A stretch of DNA of 64,000 nt from Candidatus Latescibacterota bacterium (GTDB lineage: Bacteria > Latescibacterota > UBA2968 > UBA8231), in NCBI GenBank assembly GCA_965197905.1, contig CBDAOB010000004.1, forward strand, positions 1,952,001-2,016,000, given 5' to 3'. Under the pieces are notes generated by a model that made no database searches, was not told the origin of the DNA, and saw only the letters and a list, made by a program, of their open reading frames with translations. Position numbers and translations under genes: made by a program. Below are positions 39,664-51,200 of this stretch, one piece after another. Every line of letters starts with the position of its first letter. Position 1 is the stretch's first letter.

Positions 39664-41124
39664 ATGTTGGCCACGGTTTTGATTGCAACACTCTTGTTCG
39701 TCGGAACTCCTTTGTATGCAGGACTGTTCGACGATTTCGAAGATGTGGGCGAGCTGGGAGATCACGTATTCTCTGGCGGCCCCGGTGTCGATGGAATTCC
39801 CGCCATGAACAACCCTACGTTCGTGAGTCCCGAACAGATCGGCTACGTTCGCGAAGACGATCTGGTGCTGGGCATGTTTGTGGGCGGTGTCGCCAAAGCG
39901 TATCCGGAAAATCTGGGTTGGCGGCACGAGATCATCAACGACATTATCGGTGGACAGCCCATCTCAGTGACCTTCTGCCCCTTGACCGGAACGGGTCTGG
40001 TGTTCGCCGCCGCCGACGAGCAGGGTCAGCAGTTCGAGCTGGGAGTGTCAGGACTGCTCATCAACAGCAACCTGGTCATGTACGATCGCCGCGATTTCCG
40101 CACCCTTTACCCGCAGATGATCTACACGGGAATCACCGGCGACTTCAAGGATCAAAGGCTCGAGCTTTTGCCGGTGGTCGAAACCACCTACCGTTTGTGG
40201 AAGCAGATGTATCCTGAAACCGAGGTCGCCCAATCGGGAACGGGGCTCGAGGCGTACGGGGCTCGGGCGAACAGTTACGCAACGGACCCCGCGATTTACG
40301 AACGCTACCCGTATATATCGTCGCTGGGCGATTACCGGACATCGAACGACTACATCATCTTTCCATGGACTACCTCCGAGCCTGATCTCTCCTTGTTCGA
40401 GGTCAAGGATGTGGTGCTCGGGGTGTGCAGCGGCGACCAGACTATAGCGTATCCGTTTATAACCATGCCCTCACAGGCGGTGATCAATGACGAAATCGCC
40501 GACCTGAAATTCGTCGTCGTCTACGACGCGGCAAACAAAACTGCGTTACCCTTTGACCGAACGGTCAACGGCCAGGTCCTGAGTTTTTTCCAGGTGAAAT
40601 CCGACTCGGAGCTTCCCGTCGAATTCATGGACGTCGAGACTCGAAGCCGGTGGGATATGCGTGGTCGCGCGCTGGAAGGACCTCTCGAGGGCCGCCAGCT
40701 TCAACAGGTACCGGCCTACAACTCTATGTGGTTTGCCTGGAGCACCTACTGGCCGGATACGGCGGTATGGGACGGTGAGGGTACTATCGACGATCCGCCC
40801 GAGATTACCGCGGTCTCGGAGAGTCAAGACCTCACGCCTGTGTATTTCTCATTGGCGCAGAACTACCCGAACCCGTTCAATCCTTTCACCCAGATCGAGT
40901 ACAACCTCGCCGCGACCGGCCACGTTCGCCTGTCGGTATTCAACGCCGCCGGCCAGCGGATCCGCACCTTGGTGGACGGAGTAGAAGGGCCGGGACTCTA
41001 CTTGCGCGGTTGGGATGGCCGTGATGACAACGGGGCGCTCACCGGCAGCGGGGTTTACGTCTATCGGCTAGAGCTCCCGGAAGCGGGGGTCACCGAGTCG
41101 AAGAAGATGATTCTCGCGAGGTAG
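39664..41124 (+). CDS. Full-length DUF3179 protein (Cys form) with a C-terminal FlgD-Ig/T9SS-type sorting domain
   Basis: DGIPA..NP.F, AYP...L..HEIIND, VTFCPLTG, GVSGLL.NSNLVMYDR and WFAW motifs; C-terminal LAQNYPNPFNP..WDGRD..G..SGVY.Y. Confidence 0.85.
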   Translation: MLATVLIATLLFVGTPLYAGLFDDFEDVGELGDHVFSGGPGVDGIPAMNNPTFVSPEQIGYVREDDLVLGMFVGGVAKAYPENLGWRHEIINDIIGGQPISVTFCPLTGTGLVFAAADEQGQQFELGVSGLLINSNLVMYDRRDFRTLYPQMIYTGITGDFKDQRLELLPVVETTYRLWKQMYPETEVAQSGTGLEAYGARANSYATDPAIYERYPYISSLGDYRTSNDYIIFPWTTSEPDLSLFEVKDVVLGVCSGDQTIAYPFITMPSQAVINDEIADLKFVVVYDAANKTALPFDRTVNGQVLSFFQVKSDSELPVEFMDVETRSRWDMRGRALEGPLEGRQLQQVPAYNSMWFAWSTYWPDTAVWDGEGTIDDPPEITAVSESQDLTPVYFSLAQNYPNPFNPFTQIEYNLAATGHVRLSVFNAAGQRIRTLVDGVEGPGLYLRGWDGRDDNGALTGSGVYVYRLELPEAGVTESKKMILAR

Positions 41125-41288
41125 TACTCCCACTGGCCCCGAGTCGGTTTTCACCTTCTCCTGACGTCGGACCCGCAGCCGCCCCCGCGCTGGGTTTCTA
41201 ATTGACATGCGGCAGCACACCCAGTACGTTTCTCGGTCCGATTCTGCATCAATACCTTCACACCTGACTTTCCACGGGAACCGACCGA

Positions 41289-42749
41289 ATGACGGGTTCT
41301 TTTCGACAAGCTGTAGTTGCAGGTTTCGCACTATTTGCGCTTCTCATTTCCGCTGCTGGCGCGCAGTCTACTGAGGAGCTCTTGCGTGAGCTGGAGCAGT
41401 TGAAAAAGGAAGTCGAGCGCCGGCGCGCTTCCCTCAACCGCGAGCTCAGCGTCTTGAAACAAGCTCTTGGCAGCCAGGAATCCGCTTCCCAGATCCCCAG
41501 CGTTGAGGCGGGTATGATGACACGTACCGAGCTTGAGGCGGAGCTGCGAATGATGCGGGAAGAGCTGCAGATTCTGCGTGAGGAGATGGCGAAGAAACGC
41601 CCCGCTGGAACCGCCGGAAGGGTTAAGATCCAGGGGCAGATGAGGACTCGTATTGAATGGATCGACAACGATTTCCAGATCGGTCGAGCCGACCTGGCGC
41701 ATCTGTTGCGCACGCGGGTGAGCGTCATTGGAGCGCCGTACGATGATACGAAGGTCGTGGTGCAAGCGCAGGATTCGCGGCTCTTCGGAGAAGAGAGCAG
41801 CACCTTGGGGGACGGCAGCGGCGATCAAATCGACTTCCACCAGGCATACGTGCAGTTGGACCAGGTCTTTGACCAGCCCATTACCTTGAAGTTTGGGCGT
41901 CAGGAAATCGTTTATGGGGGCCAACGCCTCGTTGGCGCGGTTGGGTGGCACAATGTTGGCCGCAGCTTCGATGCGGCATCTATACGTATCGGTAGCGACG
42001 CCTACGTCGACCTGTTCAACGCGAAACTGGCAGAGCGTGGGACACTCGACAGGAATCTCTATGGTGTGTACGGTCATGCGGAAAGCCCCGCGCGGGTTAT
42101 CTGGGAGCCGTACCTGCTTTTCGAGCACGACAAGAACTCCCTTCCCGACAACATCAAACGCGCCACCGTCGGGTTATACGCCACCGGCTTTTTCACCGGC
42201 ACCTCCGGCCACGGTTTCAGCTACGAGTTGGAAGGAGCCCTGCAAGCCGGAGAACGGGCGGGGCAGGATGTGCTGGCATTTTTGGGCGCCGGTTCGGCCA
42301 GTTACATCTCTCCCAGTTGGCGCAAGCACAAGGTGACCCTGGGCCTCGATTTCCTCTCCGGAGATGACGACCTGAACGATACCGACAACAAGGCCTTTGA
42401 CACGCTGTTCGCCACCAATCACAAATACTATGGCTTGATGGACTTGTTTTTTGCCGAAAAAACCAATCACGCCGGCCAGATGGGACTCATGGACGCCATA
42501 CTGAAGGGCCAAATGAAAGCCTCCGACAAGGTCAAACTCAGCCTGGATGTCCACCACTTTCAGCTGGTGGAAGGCGCCGAGAAGGTGCTCGGACAGGAGA
42601 TCGACACCACCGTCGACTACACCTACAACCAGGCCTACCGTCTCCAGTGGGGCGCCGGAGTATTCGTGCCTGGAGACGCGATGAAAACTAGATCGGGCGG
42701 TGATGAAATCGCTTTCAAGTCGTATTTGCAGACAATAGCTGCGTTTTAA
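41289..42749 (+). CDS. Alginate-export (AlgE)-family outer-membrane protein with an N-terminal coiled coil
   Basis: GRQEIVYG.QRLVG..GW.N..RSFD, SGDD, F.TNHKYYG and GQEID motifs; terminal Phe; signal peptide. Confidence 0.75.
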   Translation: MTGSFRQAVVAGFALFALLISAAGAQSTEELLRELEQLKKEVERRRASLNRELSVLKQALGSQESASQIPSVEAGMMTRTELEAELRMMREELQILREEMAKKRPAGTAGRVKIQGQMRTRIEWIDNDFQIGRADLAHLLRTRVSVIGAPYDDTKVVVQAQDSRLFGEESSTLGDGSGDQIDFHQAYVQLDQVFDQPITLKFGRQEIVYGGQRLVGAVGWHNVGRSFDAASIRIGSDAYVDLFNAKLAERGTLDRNLYGVYGHAESPARVIWEPYLLFEHDKNSLPDNIKRATVGLYATGFFTGTSGHGFSYELEGALQAGERAGQDVLAFLGAGSASYISPSWRKHKVTLGLDFLSGDDDLNDTDNKAFDTLFATNHKYYGLMDLFFAEKTNHAGQMGLMDAILKGQMKASDKVKLSLDVHHFQLVEGAEKVLGQEIDTTVDYTYNQAYRLQWGAGVFVPGDAMKTRSGGDEIAFKSYLQTIAAF

Positions 42750-42808
42750 TCGCTCCGGAGCGCGGTCGGTCCGACCATTCTCGCTTCGCGCTTACTCAAG
42801 GAATCGCC

Positions 42809-43582
42809 ATGGCATCCCTCAAGATCAATTTCATAGGTCACGCCTCCTTCCGGATCGAATCTGAGAAGGGCACAGTTATCTATTTCGATCCCTGGTTCGA
42901 CGACAACCCGACGTCGAAGGCGAAACTCGCCCAGGTCCGGAAGGCGGACATCGTCGTTGCGACCCACGGTCACCGCGACCACATCGGAGATGCCTACGAG
43001 GTGTGCAAGCGGACCAAAGCGAAGTTCGTGGGGTGTTACGAGTTGTGCCTAGTCGCCGAAAGCCACGGGCTAAAAATGGGGAGCCGCGCGGTGCCGATGA
43101 ACCCGGGTGGCACGGTGCGCATCAAGGACGTTCAGCTCACCATGACTCAGGCTCATCACTCGCTATCACTTTCATCTCACGTTATTCCCGGTTCCGCGCC
43201 GGACGGACAGCTGTTTCACGCCGACGGTGCTGTCTGCGGTTTTGTCCTGGCGTTCGACAACGGGATCACGGTTTATGATACATCCGACACCTGCCTGTTC
43301 AGCGATATGCAGCTGATTAGCCAGATGTACGGGCCGCAAATTGCGATTATGCCAGTGGGTGGCCAATTTACCATGGGCGTTCGTGAAGCGGCCCGCGCCG
43401 CCAGTTATATTCGGCCGGATGTCCTGATTCCATGTCACTACGGTCCAGTGATGGGACAGCACGCCGACATAGGCGAGTTGCGCCGAGAGGTGCGATTCCT
43501 TTCACCCAATGTGCAGATTGCCGAACTAAAGCCGGGTCAAACCCTTTCCTACAGATCCAGCAGTCATTCCGTAGGTCGCTAG
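42809..43582 (+). CDS. Metal-dependent hydrolase (metallo-beta-lactamase fold, UPF0173-like)
   Basis: GHASF, THGHRDH, MNPGG, SDT.LFSDM and IPCHY motifs. Confidence 0.85.
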   Translation: MASLKINFIGHASFRIESEKGTVIYFDPWFDDNPTSKAKLAQVRKADIVVATHGHRDHIGDAYEVCKRTKAKFVGCYELCLVAESHGLKMGSRAVPMNPGGTVRIKDVQLTMTQAHHSLSLSSHVIPGSAPDGQLFHADGAVCGFVLAFDNGITVYDTSDTCLFSDMQLISQMYGPQIAIMPVGGQFTMGVREAARAASYIRPDVLIPCHYGPVMGQHADIGELRREVRFLSPNVQIAELKPGQTLSYRSSSHSVGR

Positions 43583-43711
43583 ACGGGTTCACGGTGCCAT
43601 CGGGTCTTCGGTTAAGCGGCTGCCAACGGCCGATTGTCTAAATACAAGCATTAGTCCGCTCGAGTCCGCATGTGAGTAATCGGCGACCGCCAACCACATA
43701 AGGGAGAAAAA

Positions 43712-45022
43712 ATGGCGCGTTTCACCTGGCTAAAGCTCGCGGCTCCGTGTGTCGTCCTTCTCGTGTTGACGCAATGTGGTAAGCAGGGTGAATCGGGCAG
43801 GGGAAGTGGCACCGGACAGCGGTCCTGGTCCGGCAGGCCCGGCTCGAGCGGGGGAGCCATTCCCGTGCGGGCGGAGAGCGTTACCAGAGGCAATATTACC
43901 GCTTTCGTGGAAACACATGCGCGCCTAGAGGCCGAAAGATGGGTTGATATTCTTGCCCGTACGACTGGCCTAGTAACGCGGATTGCCGTAGAGGAAGGCG
44001 ATCGCGTAGTGGCCGGACAAGTGCTGGCACGCCTCGACCAGGAAGAGATGAAGCTGCGGGTGCGGCAGGTGGAGGTTGCGTTGGAGCAGTCCCACGCGGC
44101 GTTCGAGCGCACCAAAGTCCTGTTCGATCGCGAGCTGGTCAGTGAGGAGGAGTACGATGCGGCAAAACATCAGGTCCAAGACATTGAAGTAGGACTGGAG
44201 GAGGCGAAATTCAATCTATCCCATACCACGATTCGGGCCCCGATGGCGGGTCTGGTCATGCGCCGCTCCACTGAGGTTGGACGCTTGGTCCGCACCAACG
44301 ACCAGATCTTCTCCATGGCCGACGTGGAACCCCTGCTGGCGCGTATTCACATTCCGGAGAAGCGGATGCGGCAAGTGCGTGTCGGCCAGCGGGCACACTT
44401 GAGTGTAGATAGCTTCCCCGACCGAATTTTTGACGCCTCGGTGCGCATGATCAACCCCGGTGTGGATCCGCAAAGCGGCACCGTCAAGGTCACCCTCGAA
44501 GTTCCGCCCCACGGCGCCAGCCTCAAGCCCGGCATGTTCGCCTCGGTGCGCATCATTACCGAGCAGCACGACGGCGCCTTGATCGTTCCGAAACAGGCGC
44601 TGGTATTGGAGACGGATGAGGACGATCTGTTTATTTTCGCGGACAGCGTTGCCCGGCGGATCTCGGTCAAGCTGGGACTCATTGATGGCAACCGGGTCGA
44701 GGTACTGTCCGGCTTGCAGGCGACTGACCGCGTTATCACGATTGGCCACGAGGGGCTCAAGGACGGCGCCAATGTGCGACTGGCCGGAGCCCCGCCGGCG
44801 TCACCTGAAGCCGACAAGGCGCCCCCAACCGGGGCCGGTGCGGGAGGGGGTGGGTGGAACCCGGGTGGACCGTCGGGAGGCGACGGGCAAGGCCGGCGAT
44901 CGATGCCGGATTCGGCCACCTTCATTCAACGAGCGCAGGGTCGCGGCATGAGCGAAGCAGACGCGATAGCGCGCTGGAAGCGCATGTCTCAGCGATTCGA
45001 GAATCGCAACGCTGACGATTGA
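43712..45022 (+). CDS. RND efflux periplasmic adaptor (MFP)
   Basis: VEEGDRV..GQVLARLD, IRAP.AG and LKPGMFA motifs; lipoprotein-like N-terminus. Confidence 0.9.
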   Translation: MARFTWLKLAAPCVVLLVLTQCGKQGESGRGSGTGQRSWSGRPGSSGGAIPVRAESVTRGNITAFVETHARLEAERWVDILARTTGLVTRIAVEEGDRVVAGQVLARLDQEEMKLRVRQVEVALEQSHAAFERTKVLFDRELVSEEEYDAAKHQVQDIEVGLEEAKFNLSHTTIRAPMAGLVMRRSTEVGRLVRTNDQIFSMADVEPLLARIHIPEKRMRQVRVGQRAHLSVDSFPDRIFDASVRMINPGVDPQSGTVKVTLEVPPHGASLKPGMFASVRIITEQHDGALIVPKQALVLETDEDDLFIFADSVARRISVKLGLIDGNRVEVLSGLQATDRVITIGHEGLKDGANVRLAGAPPASPEADKAPPTGAGAGGGGWNPGGPSGGDGQGRRSMPDSATFIQRAQGRGMSEADAIARWKRMSQRFENRNADD

Positions 45023-45025
45023 GTT

Positions 45026-48000
45026 GTGACGCTAGTCGAGTTTTCCACTTCCCGCCGGGTTACGGTGGCCATGTGTATGGTCGCCATCGTTGCCTTTGGC
45101 CTGGTTGGCTTCGATCGACTGGCGGTCAATCTCCTTCCGGACATCACCTATCCCACCATTACCGTACGAACCGAGTTTCCCGGAGTTGCCCCCGCTGAGG
45201 TCGAGCACCTGATCTCGGAACCACTGGAGGAGCTGGTGGGGGTCGTTGGCAACGTCATCCGCGTGAGTTCTATCTCGCGGCCGGGCATATCCGATGTTGT
45301 GGTGGAGTTCGCTTGGGGGACCAACATGGACTTCGCCTCCCTCGACATTCGCGAAAAGCTCGATCTCGCCCAGCTGCCTTTGGAGGCAGAACGGCCGATC
45401 CTCCTGCGTTTCGATCCCTCCCTTGATCCGATCCTTCGAATCATGCTCTACGGCAACGATAACCTGTTGGAGCTGCGCCGTCTCGCCGACGAACGTGCCA
45501 GGCTCGAACTCGAGAGCCTCGAAGGGGTGGCTGCCGTGCGCATAGCGGGGGGAATGGAAGAAGAGATCCAGGTCGAGGTGGAGACCTCGCGGCTGGCCAA
45601 TCTCGGGATCTCCATCGATCAAGTGACCAATCGGCTGGCCGCCGAAAACGTCAACCTGACAGGAGGTTTGCTCAAGGACGGCGAAGCTGAATTTCTGGTG
45701 CGTACCATCAATGAGTTCCAGGATCCAGAGGACATCGCCGCAGTGATCGTAGCCAGAATCGGCTTGGCCCCGATCAGACTCGGGGATGTCGGCAGGGTCT
45801 TCAGAGGCCACAAAGATCGGGATATTATTACCCGGTACGATGGCCGCGAGGGCGTTGAGATCGCCATTTTCAAGGAGGGGGATGCCAACACGGTTGTCGT
45901 GTCCGACGCCGTCAAAGACAAGCTGAGCTTGCTTTCCCAGGAAGGCGGCGGTTTGCTGCAAGGGGCCAAGGTGGAGGTCGTCTTTGATCAAGCGACGTTT
46001 ATCGAACAGGCGGTCGACGAGGTTTTGAACGCCGCTGTCCTAGGTGGCATTCTGGCGATTTTCGTTCTCTATCTTTTCCTGCGGGATTTGAAGAGTACAG
46101 CCATTATCGGCCTTTCCATTCCCATCTCCGTCGTCGCCACCTTCTTCGCCATGTACGCCTCGGGGATAAGCCTCAACATCATGTCCCTCGGCGGCCTCGC
46201 GCTTGGGGTGGGCATGCTGGTGGACAGTTCCATAGTAGTTTTGGAAAGCGTACAGCGCTACAAGTCGCAGGGGGAGTCCCCGTTGCGGGCGGCCAGAGAA
46301 GGCAGTAGCGTGGTCGCCAAAGCCGTCGTGGCGGCGACCCTGACCACGATCTGCGTGTTCGTGCCGATCGTTTTCGTCGAGGGTGTTGCCGGCCAGCTCT
46401 TTGCCGATCAGGCCCTTACGGTCACCTACTCGCTGGTCGCCTCTTTGATCGTTGCGTTGATGCTGATTCCGATGTTGGCCTCTCTGTCTATGAACGGCGC
46501 CGAGGATGAGCCATCGACCGCCGGGATTGCGGTTCGCGCTCCCGCGCATGGTCTGCGACTCTTGATCTGGGTTTTCCGCCGTATCGGTGGCCTGTTGTCC
46601 ACTTTGGTGTGGCCGCTGGTCTGGCTCTTTGAGGGGATCTATGAAGCCCTAGCCAAGCGCTACCCGGCCGTTCTCGCGTGGGCCTTGCGCCACCGGCCGA
46701 CTGTTATCGTGGGGTTCGCGGTGATCGCCGTCACCGTGCTTTCTATGGCTTCGAGGCTGGGAGTCGAGCTCATCCCCGAAATGAGTCAAGGCGAATTCCT
46801 GGTTGACCTTGAGTGGTCCGCAGGCACGTCGTTAGAACAGACGGCGGCGGGTGTGGCCATGATTGAAGCGGAACTCGGAAGGTTGCAGGGTGTGGCCTCG
46901 GTGTTCGGTCGCGTCGGATCCAGCGGCGAATCCGGCGGTGACGCGGGCGAGAAGAAGGAGCATGTCGCCCAGTTGCATGTGCGGCTCGAGGTGGGAACCG
47001 CGCGCGAGGACGAGACGTGGGTGATGAGACAGGCCCGCGACCGCTTACGCAGCGTGCCCGATCTCAATATTCTGTTCTCCCGGCCTTCCTATTTTTCTTT
47101 TCGCACACCCATCGAAGTGGAAATAAACGGCAACGACCTTGAGACCCTGAGGCTCCTGGCGGCGGAAGTGGTGACACGTGTGCAGACGATTCCCGGATTG
47201 ACCGATGTCGAATCCAGCGCTCAAGAAGGGCAGCCAGAGGTGCAGGTAAGGTTCGATCGCCGACGCATCGCCGAACTTGGAACAACCATTCAGGCCGTAG
47301 GCGAGTTGCTTCGCAATCAGCTTCAGGGCGACGTGGCCACCGAGCTGAACCGAAAGGATCGCACGATCGACATCCGCGTGCGCTCCACCCAAGAAGAGCG
47401 GCGCAATCTGGACGACCTGCGGCAGTTGATCGTTAGTCCTGCGTCGTATCCCGTTCCCGTGCCTCTGGAGGCGGTAGCGACCGTGCACCTGGTCGACGGC
47501 CCGGCCGAGATTCGCCGTCTGGACCAGGAGCGAGCCGCCGTGGTGACGGCGAATCTGAGCGGCCGCGATCTGGGTAGCGTAGTGCGGGATATCGAGGTGG
47601 CGACCGGTGACATCGCCATTCCCGAAGGATTCGATATCGGCGTTGCGGGGCAGAACGAGGAGATGGTGCGGTCCTTCGACAGCCTGAAGTTCGCGCTGGC
47701 GTTGGCCGTGTTTCTGGTGTATCTGGTGATGGCATCCCAGTTTGAGTCCTTATTGCACCCCTTGGTTATCATGCTGACCATTCCACTCGGTCTCGTCGGC
47801 AGCGCCCTAGGCCTGATGATCACCGATCAAACCATCAGTGTGGTCGTCTTGATCGGCCTGATCATGCTCGCCGGCATCGTCGTCAACAACGCCATCGTAC
47901 TGGTTGACTACATCAACCACCTCAGACGGGTCGAACACCTGAAAAAATTCGAAGCCGTAGTAGAGGCAGGCCAGGTGCGTTTCCGTCCGATTTTAATGAC

Positions 48001-48169
48001 CACGACGACAACGGTGCTTGGCCTCTTACCGATGGCGGTGGGGCTGGGTGAAGGTGCAGAGATCCGGGCTCCCATGGCGATTGCGGTGATCGGCGGGCTG
48101 CTGGTCTCCACGGTGTTGACTCTGGTGGTCATTCCAGCCGTGTATACGGTGGTGGATCGCAGTCCATAG
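45026..48169 (+). CDS. RND efflux permease subunit 1
   Basis: GMLVDSSIVVLE, GIVVNNAIVLVD and RFRPILMTT motifs. Confidence 0.95.
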   Translation: MTLVEFSTSRRVTVAMCMVAIVAFGLVGFDRLAVNLLPDITYPTITVRTEFPGVAPAEVEHLISEPLEELVGVVGNVIRVSSISRPGISDVVVEFAWGTNMDFASLDIREKLDLAQLPLEAERPILLRFDPSLDPILRIMLYGNDNLLELRRLADERARLELESLEGVAAVRIAGGMEEEIQVEVETSRLANLGISIDQVTNRLAAENVNLTGGLLKDGEAEFLVRTINEFQDPEDIAAVIVARIGLAPIRLGDVGRVFRGHKDRDIITRYDGREGVEIAIFKEGDANTVVVSDAVKDKLSLLSQEGGGLLQGAKVEVVFDQATFIEQAVDEVLNAAVLGGILAIFVLYLFLRDLKSTAIIGLSIPISVVATFFAMYASGISLNIMSLGGLALGVGMLVDSSIVVLESVQRYKSQGESPLRAAREGSSVVAKAVVAATLTTICVFVPIVFVEGVAGQLFADQALTVTYSLVASLIVALMLIPMLASLSMNGAEDEPSTAGIAVRAPAHGLRLLIWVFRRIGGLLSTLVWPLVWLFEGIYEALAKRYPAVLAWALRHRPTVIVGFAVIAVTVLSMASRLGVELIPEMSQGEFLVDLEWSAGTSLEQTAAGVAMIEAELGRLQGVASVFGRVGSSGESGGDAGEKKEHVAQLHVRLEVGTAREDETWVMRQARDRLRSVPDLNILFSRPSYFSFRTPIEVEINGNDLETLRLLAAEVVTRVQTIPGLTDVESSAQEGQPEVQVRFDRRRIAELGTTIQAVGELLRNQLQGDVATELNRKDRTIDIRVRSTQEERRNLDDLRQLIVSPASYPVPVPLEAVATVHLVDGPAEIRRLDQERAAVVTANLSGRDLGSVVRDIEVATGDIAIPEGFDIGVAGQNEEMVRSFDSLKFALALAVFLVYLVMASQFESLLHPLVIMLTIPLGLVGSALGLMITDQTISVVVLIGLIMLAGIVVNNAIVLVDYINHLRRVEHLKKFEAVVEAGQVRFRPILMTTTTTVLGLLPMAVGLGEGAEIRAPMAIAVIGGLLVSTVLTLVVIPAVYTVVDRSP

Positions 48170-48200
48170 AGACGGCCAACGGCACAACGAGAATTTTGTT

Positions 48201-51200
48201 ATGAAGCTGTCTGAAATCGCGGTTACGCGGCCCGTTACCATGGTGATGATCGCCATTTGTATGGTGGTGCTGGGCGTGGTCTCTTTGAGCCGGCTCCCCC
48301 TTGAGCAGTTACCGGCCATCTCCTCATCGGGAATCACGGTTTCGGCGGACTATCCCTCCTCTTCTCCCGAGGAGGTGGAGCGACTCATCGCCCGCCCGTT
48401 GGAAGAAACCCTTGCCACCATGGGCAATGTCGACCGTATCAATGCGACCTCCAGCCGCAACGGCGCCTCCGTCCGCGTCGATTTCGTCGCCGGCACCGAC
48501 ATGGATCTGGCGAATATGGAGATCCGCGAATACGTGGACCGTGCACGTGGTCTGCTGCCGGCGGATCTCGACCGCATCCGAATTCGGCGCTGGCAGAGTG
48601 ACCAGCGTCCCATCCTCTATATCAGCATGGCCTGGCGCGGGGGTGGAGATCGACTGCTCGATATCGTGACCAAGGTCGTCGAACCGCGGTTGCTGAGAAT
48701 CGATGGGGTCGCTAACGTCACCGTCAGAGGGGTGCAGGAAAAGCAACTGATCGTCGAACTGAACCAGAAGCAGCTCGAATCCCACGACGTGGCGCTTCCG
48801 GCCCTCGGTCGCCAACTACAGCGCAACAACATAAACGTCTCCATTGGAAGAATTCGCGATGGAGACCAGCGCTATCTGGCTAGGGCCCTGGGCGAGTTCA
48901 CCCAGACGGATGAGATCGGCAAGCTGCCGGTTCGGGGCGGCGCCTTCCGGCTTGAGGATTTGGGCGAGGTGAAATACGACTATCCGGAGAAGAGGTCGTT
49001 CGATCGGCTGAATGGGGTGGATGCCGTTACGGTCCAGGTCTACAAATCGTCCGCCGCCAACGTCGTTCAGGTAGCCACCCAGGTGCGTACCACCCTCGCC
49101 AAGATCGGAGACCAATACGGGTCCGACCTGGATGTCGAGATCGTTCGCGACCGCGCCAAGAGCGTGATGGACGAGCTCAACAATCTCAAAGATGCCGCTT
49201 TTCTCGGTGCTTTTCTGGCCGTGGGGATCATCTATCTGTTTCTGCGCAACATCCGCAGTACGCTGGTGATCGGCATCGCCATCCCTACCGCAGCCCTCTG
49301 CGTGTTTACCGGCATGTACGTCGCACGGGAGTTCTTCGAATCGACGATCACGTTAAACATGGTTTCGATGATGGGACTGATGCTCGCTGTGGGCATGCTC
49401 GTCGACCCGGCGGTTGTCTGCCTGGAGAGCATCTTTCGGCGCCGCCAGGAAGAAGGGCAGGACGCCCGGGCCGCGACCCTCACCGGAAGCAACGAGGTGG
49501 GCATGGCGGTGTTCGCTTCAGGGCTGACGACGATGTGCGTTTTTATCCCCTTCTTTTTCCTGTCCACCGGCCGCGTCTCCACTTGGATGCGCGACGCCGG
49601 AATGACCATTTGTCTGGCGATCGCCGTGTCCATGATCGTAGCCCTTACCCTGATTCCGCTGGCAACCTCGCGCCTTTTTCAGGACAAACTTGCGCGGCTG
49701 GATCCGTGGATCAAGAGAATTGTCGCGGGGGCGGCGCTGTGGTTTTTTGGGTGGAAACTACAACAGGCCGGCTGGCAAGGCAGTCTGGAGTGGGCCAGTG
49801 CCTGGGTTCACCGTCTGGCCGGCACGTTTGCGGCTATCGATTGGGTTTCCGGGGTCGTCCTGGGGGTTTCGCTGTTGACCCTTGGAGGGCTTCTGCGCCG
49901 CATGCGGAAAAACGGCATGCGGCAATCCTATGTACGCCTGCTAGGTTGGACGTTGCGCCATCGACTGACGACGTTGATGGCGAGTATCGCACTGCTGGGT
50001 AGTGGTGTCTACCTCTATCTTCAGATCGAACAACGCGGGACCCCGTGGACGCCGGAAAGACGGGTCGATATCACGGTGGAAATCGACCGCAGCTACAGTT
50101 TGGAAGAAGTAGCGGAGTTGTTTTCCACCATCGAGTCGGTAATTCTGGCCAAGAAATCGGAATTGGATATCGAATCCCTTTCCACCAATTTTCAGCAGCG
50201 GAGAGGAAGCATTACCGCCCGGCTCGTAGATGCGGACGCCGGACGGCTGACCTCCATGGAGGCCGGACGTTCCATACACAAGCTGCTACCGCCGCAGGTT
50301 GGCGTGAACTACAAGATGGGCCGCCAGCGCTCTTGGGCCGGACCGCTTCTTGGGGTTGAGGTGCAGTTGCAGGGCCCCGATCCGCAAGTGCTGGAGGTGT
50401 TGGTCGAAGAGGTGGAAACGCGTCTTGAGCGTCTGGGTCCTGTGCAGGACGTGGACAGCAGCTTGGAGGACGGGGATGAGGAGATTCTGGTGGAGATCGA
50501 TCGCGAGCAGGCGTTGGAGTACGGCCACTCACCGCGGGAGGTGGCGACCACCATCGCCACCGCATTGGGAACCCGGAGAACAAGCAGCTTCAAGGCGCCC
50601 GAGCGCGAGATCGGCATCGTTCTGCAGTTGCGCGAGGAGGATCGCGCCGATCTGGCGAACCTGCAAAACAGCAGGGTGAGCAACTCCGGGGAAAATCCGG
50701 TGCAGCTGGCTAGCCTGGCGAGCTTCACAGCGCGTAAGGGACCCAAGGATCTCAAACGGGAAGACCGACAACGAAACGTGACGGTTTTTGCCAACACCGA
50801 AAGCCGTCGTCAGGCCTTCCAGCTTATGGGCACCGGCAAGCGTCCGGGGCAGCTCACTGTCGAGATGTCGAAGATGGAGTTGCCCTCCGGTTACTCCTGG
50901 GACCTGGGTCGTTCCGCCAGATGGGCGCAACAGGACTCGCAGGAGAACAACTTCACGCTGCTATTCGCCTTGTTGCTCATCTATCTGATCATGGCGTCGC
51001 TGTTCGAATCGCTGATTCATCCGTTCACGATCATGCTGGCGATCCCGTTCTCTCTCATTGGGGTCGCCCTGGGGTTGTATGCGTTCTCCATTCCCCTGGA
51101 TAACAATGCCATTCTCGGACTCCTCATTCTTTTTGGCATCGTAGTCAACAACGGCATCGTGCTCATCGACCACATCAACCAGTACCGCCGGCAGGGCATG

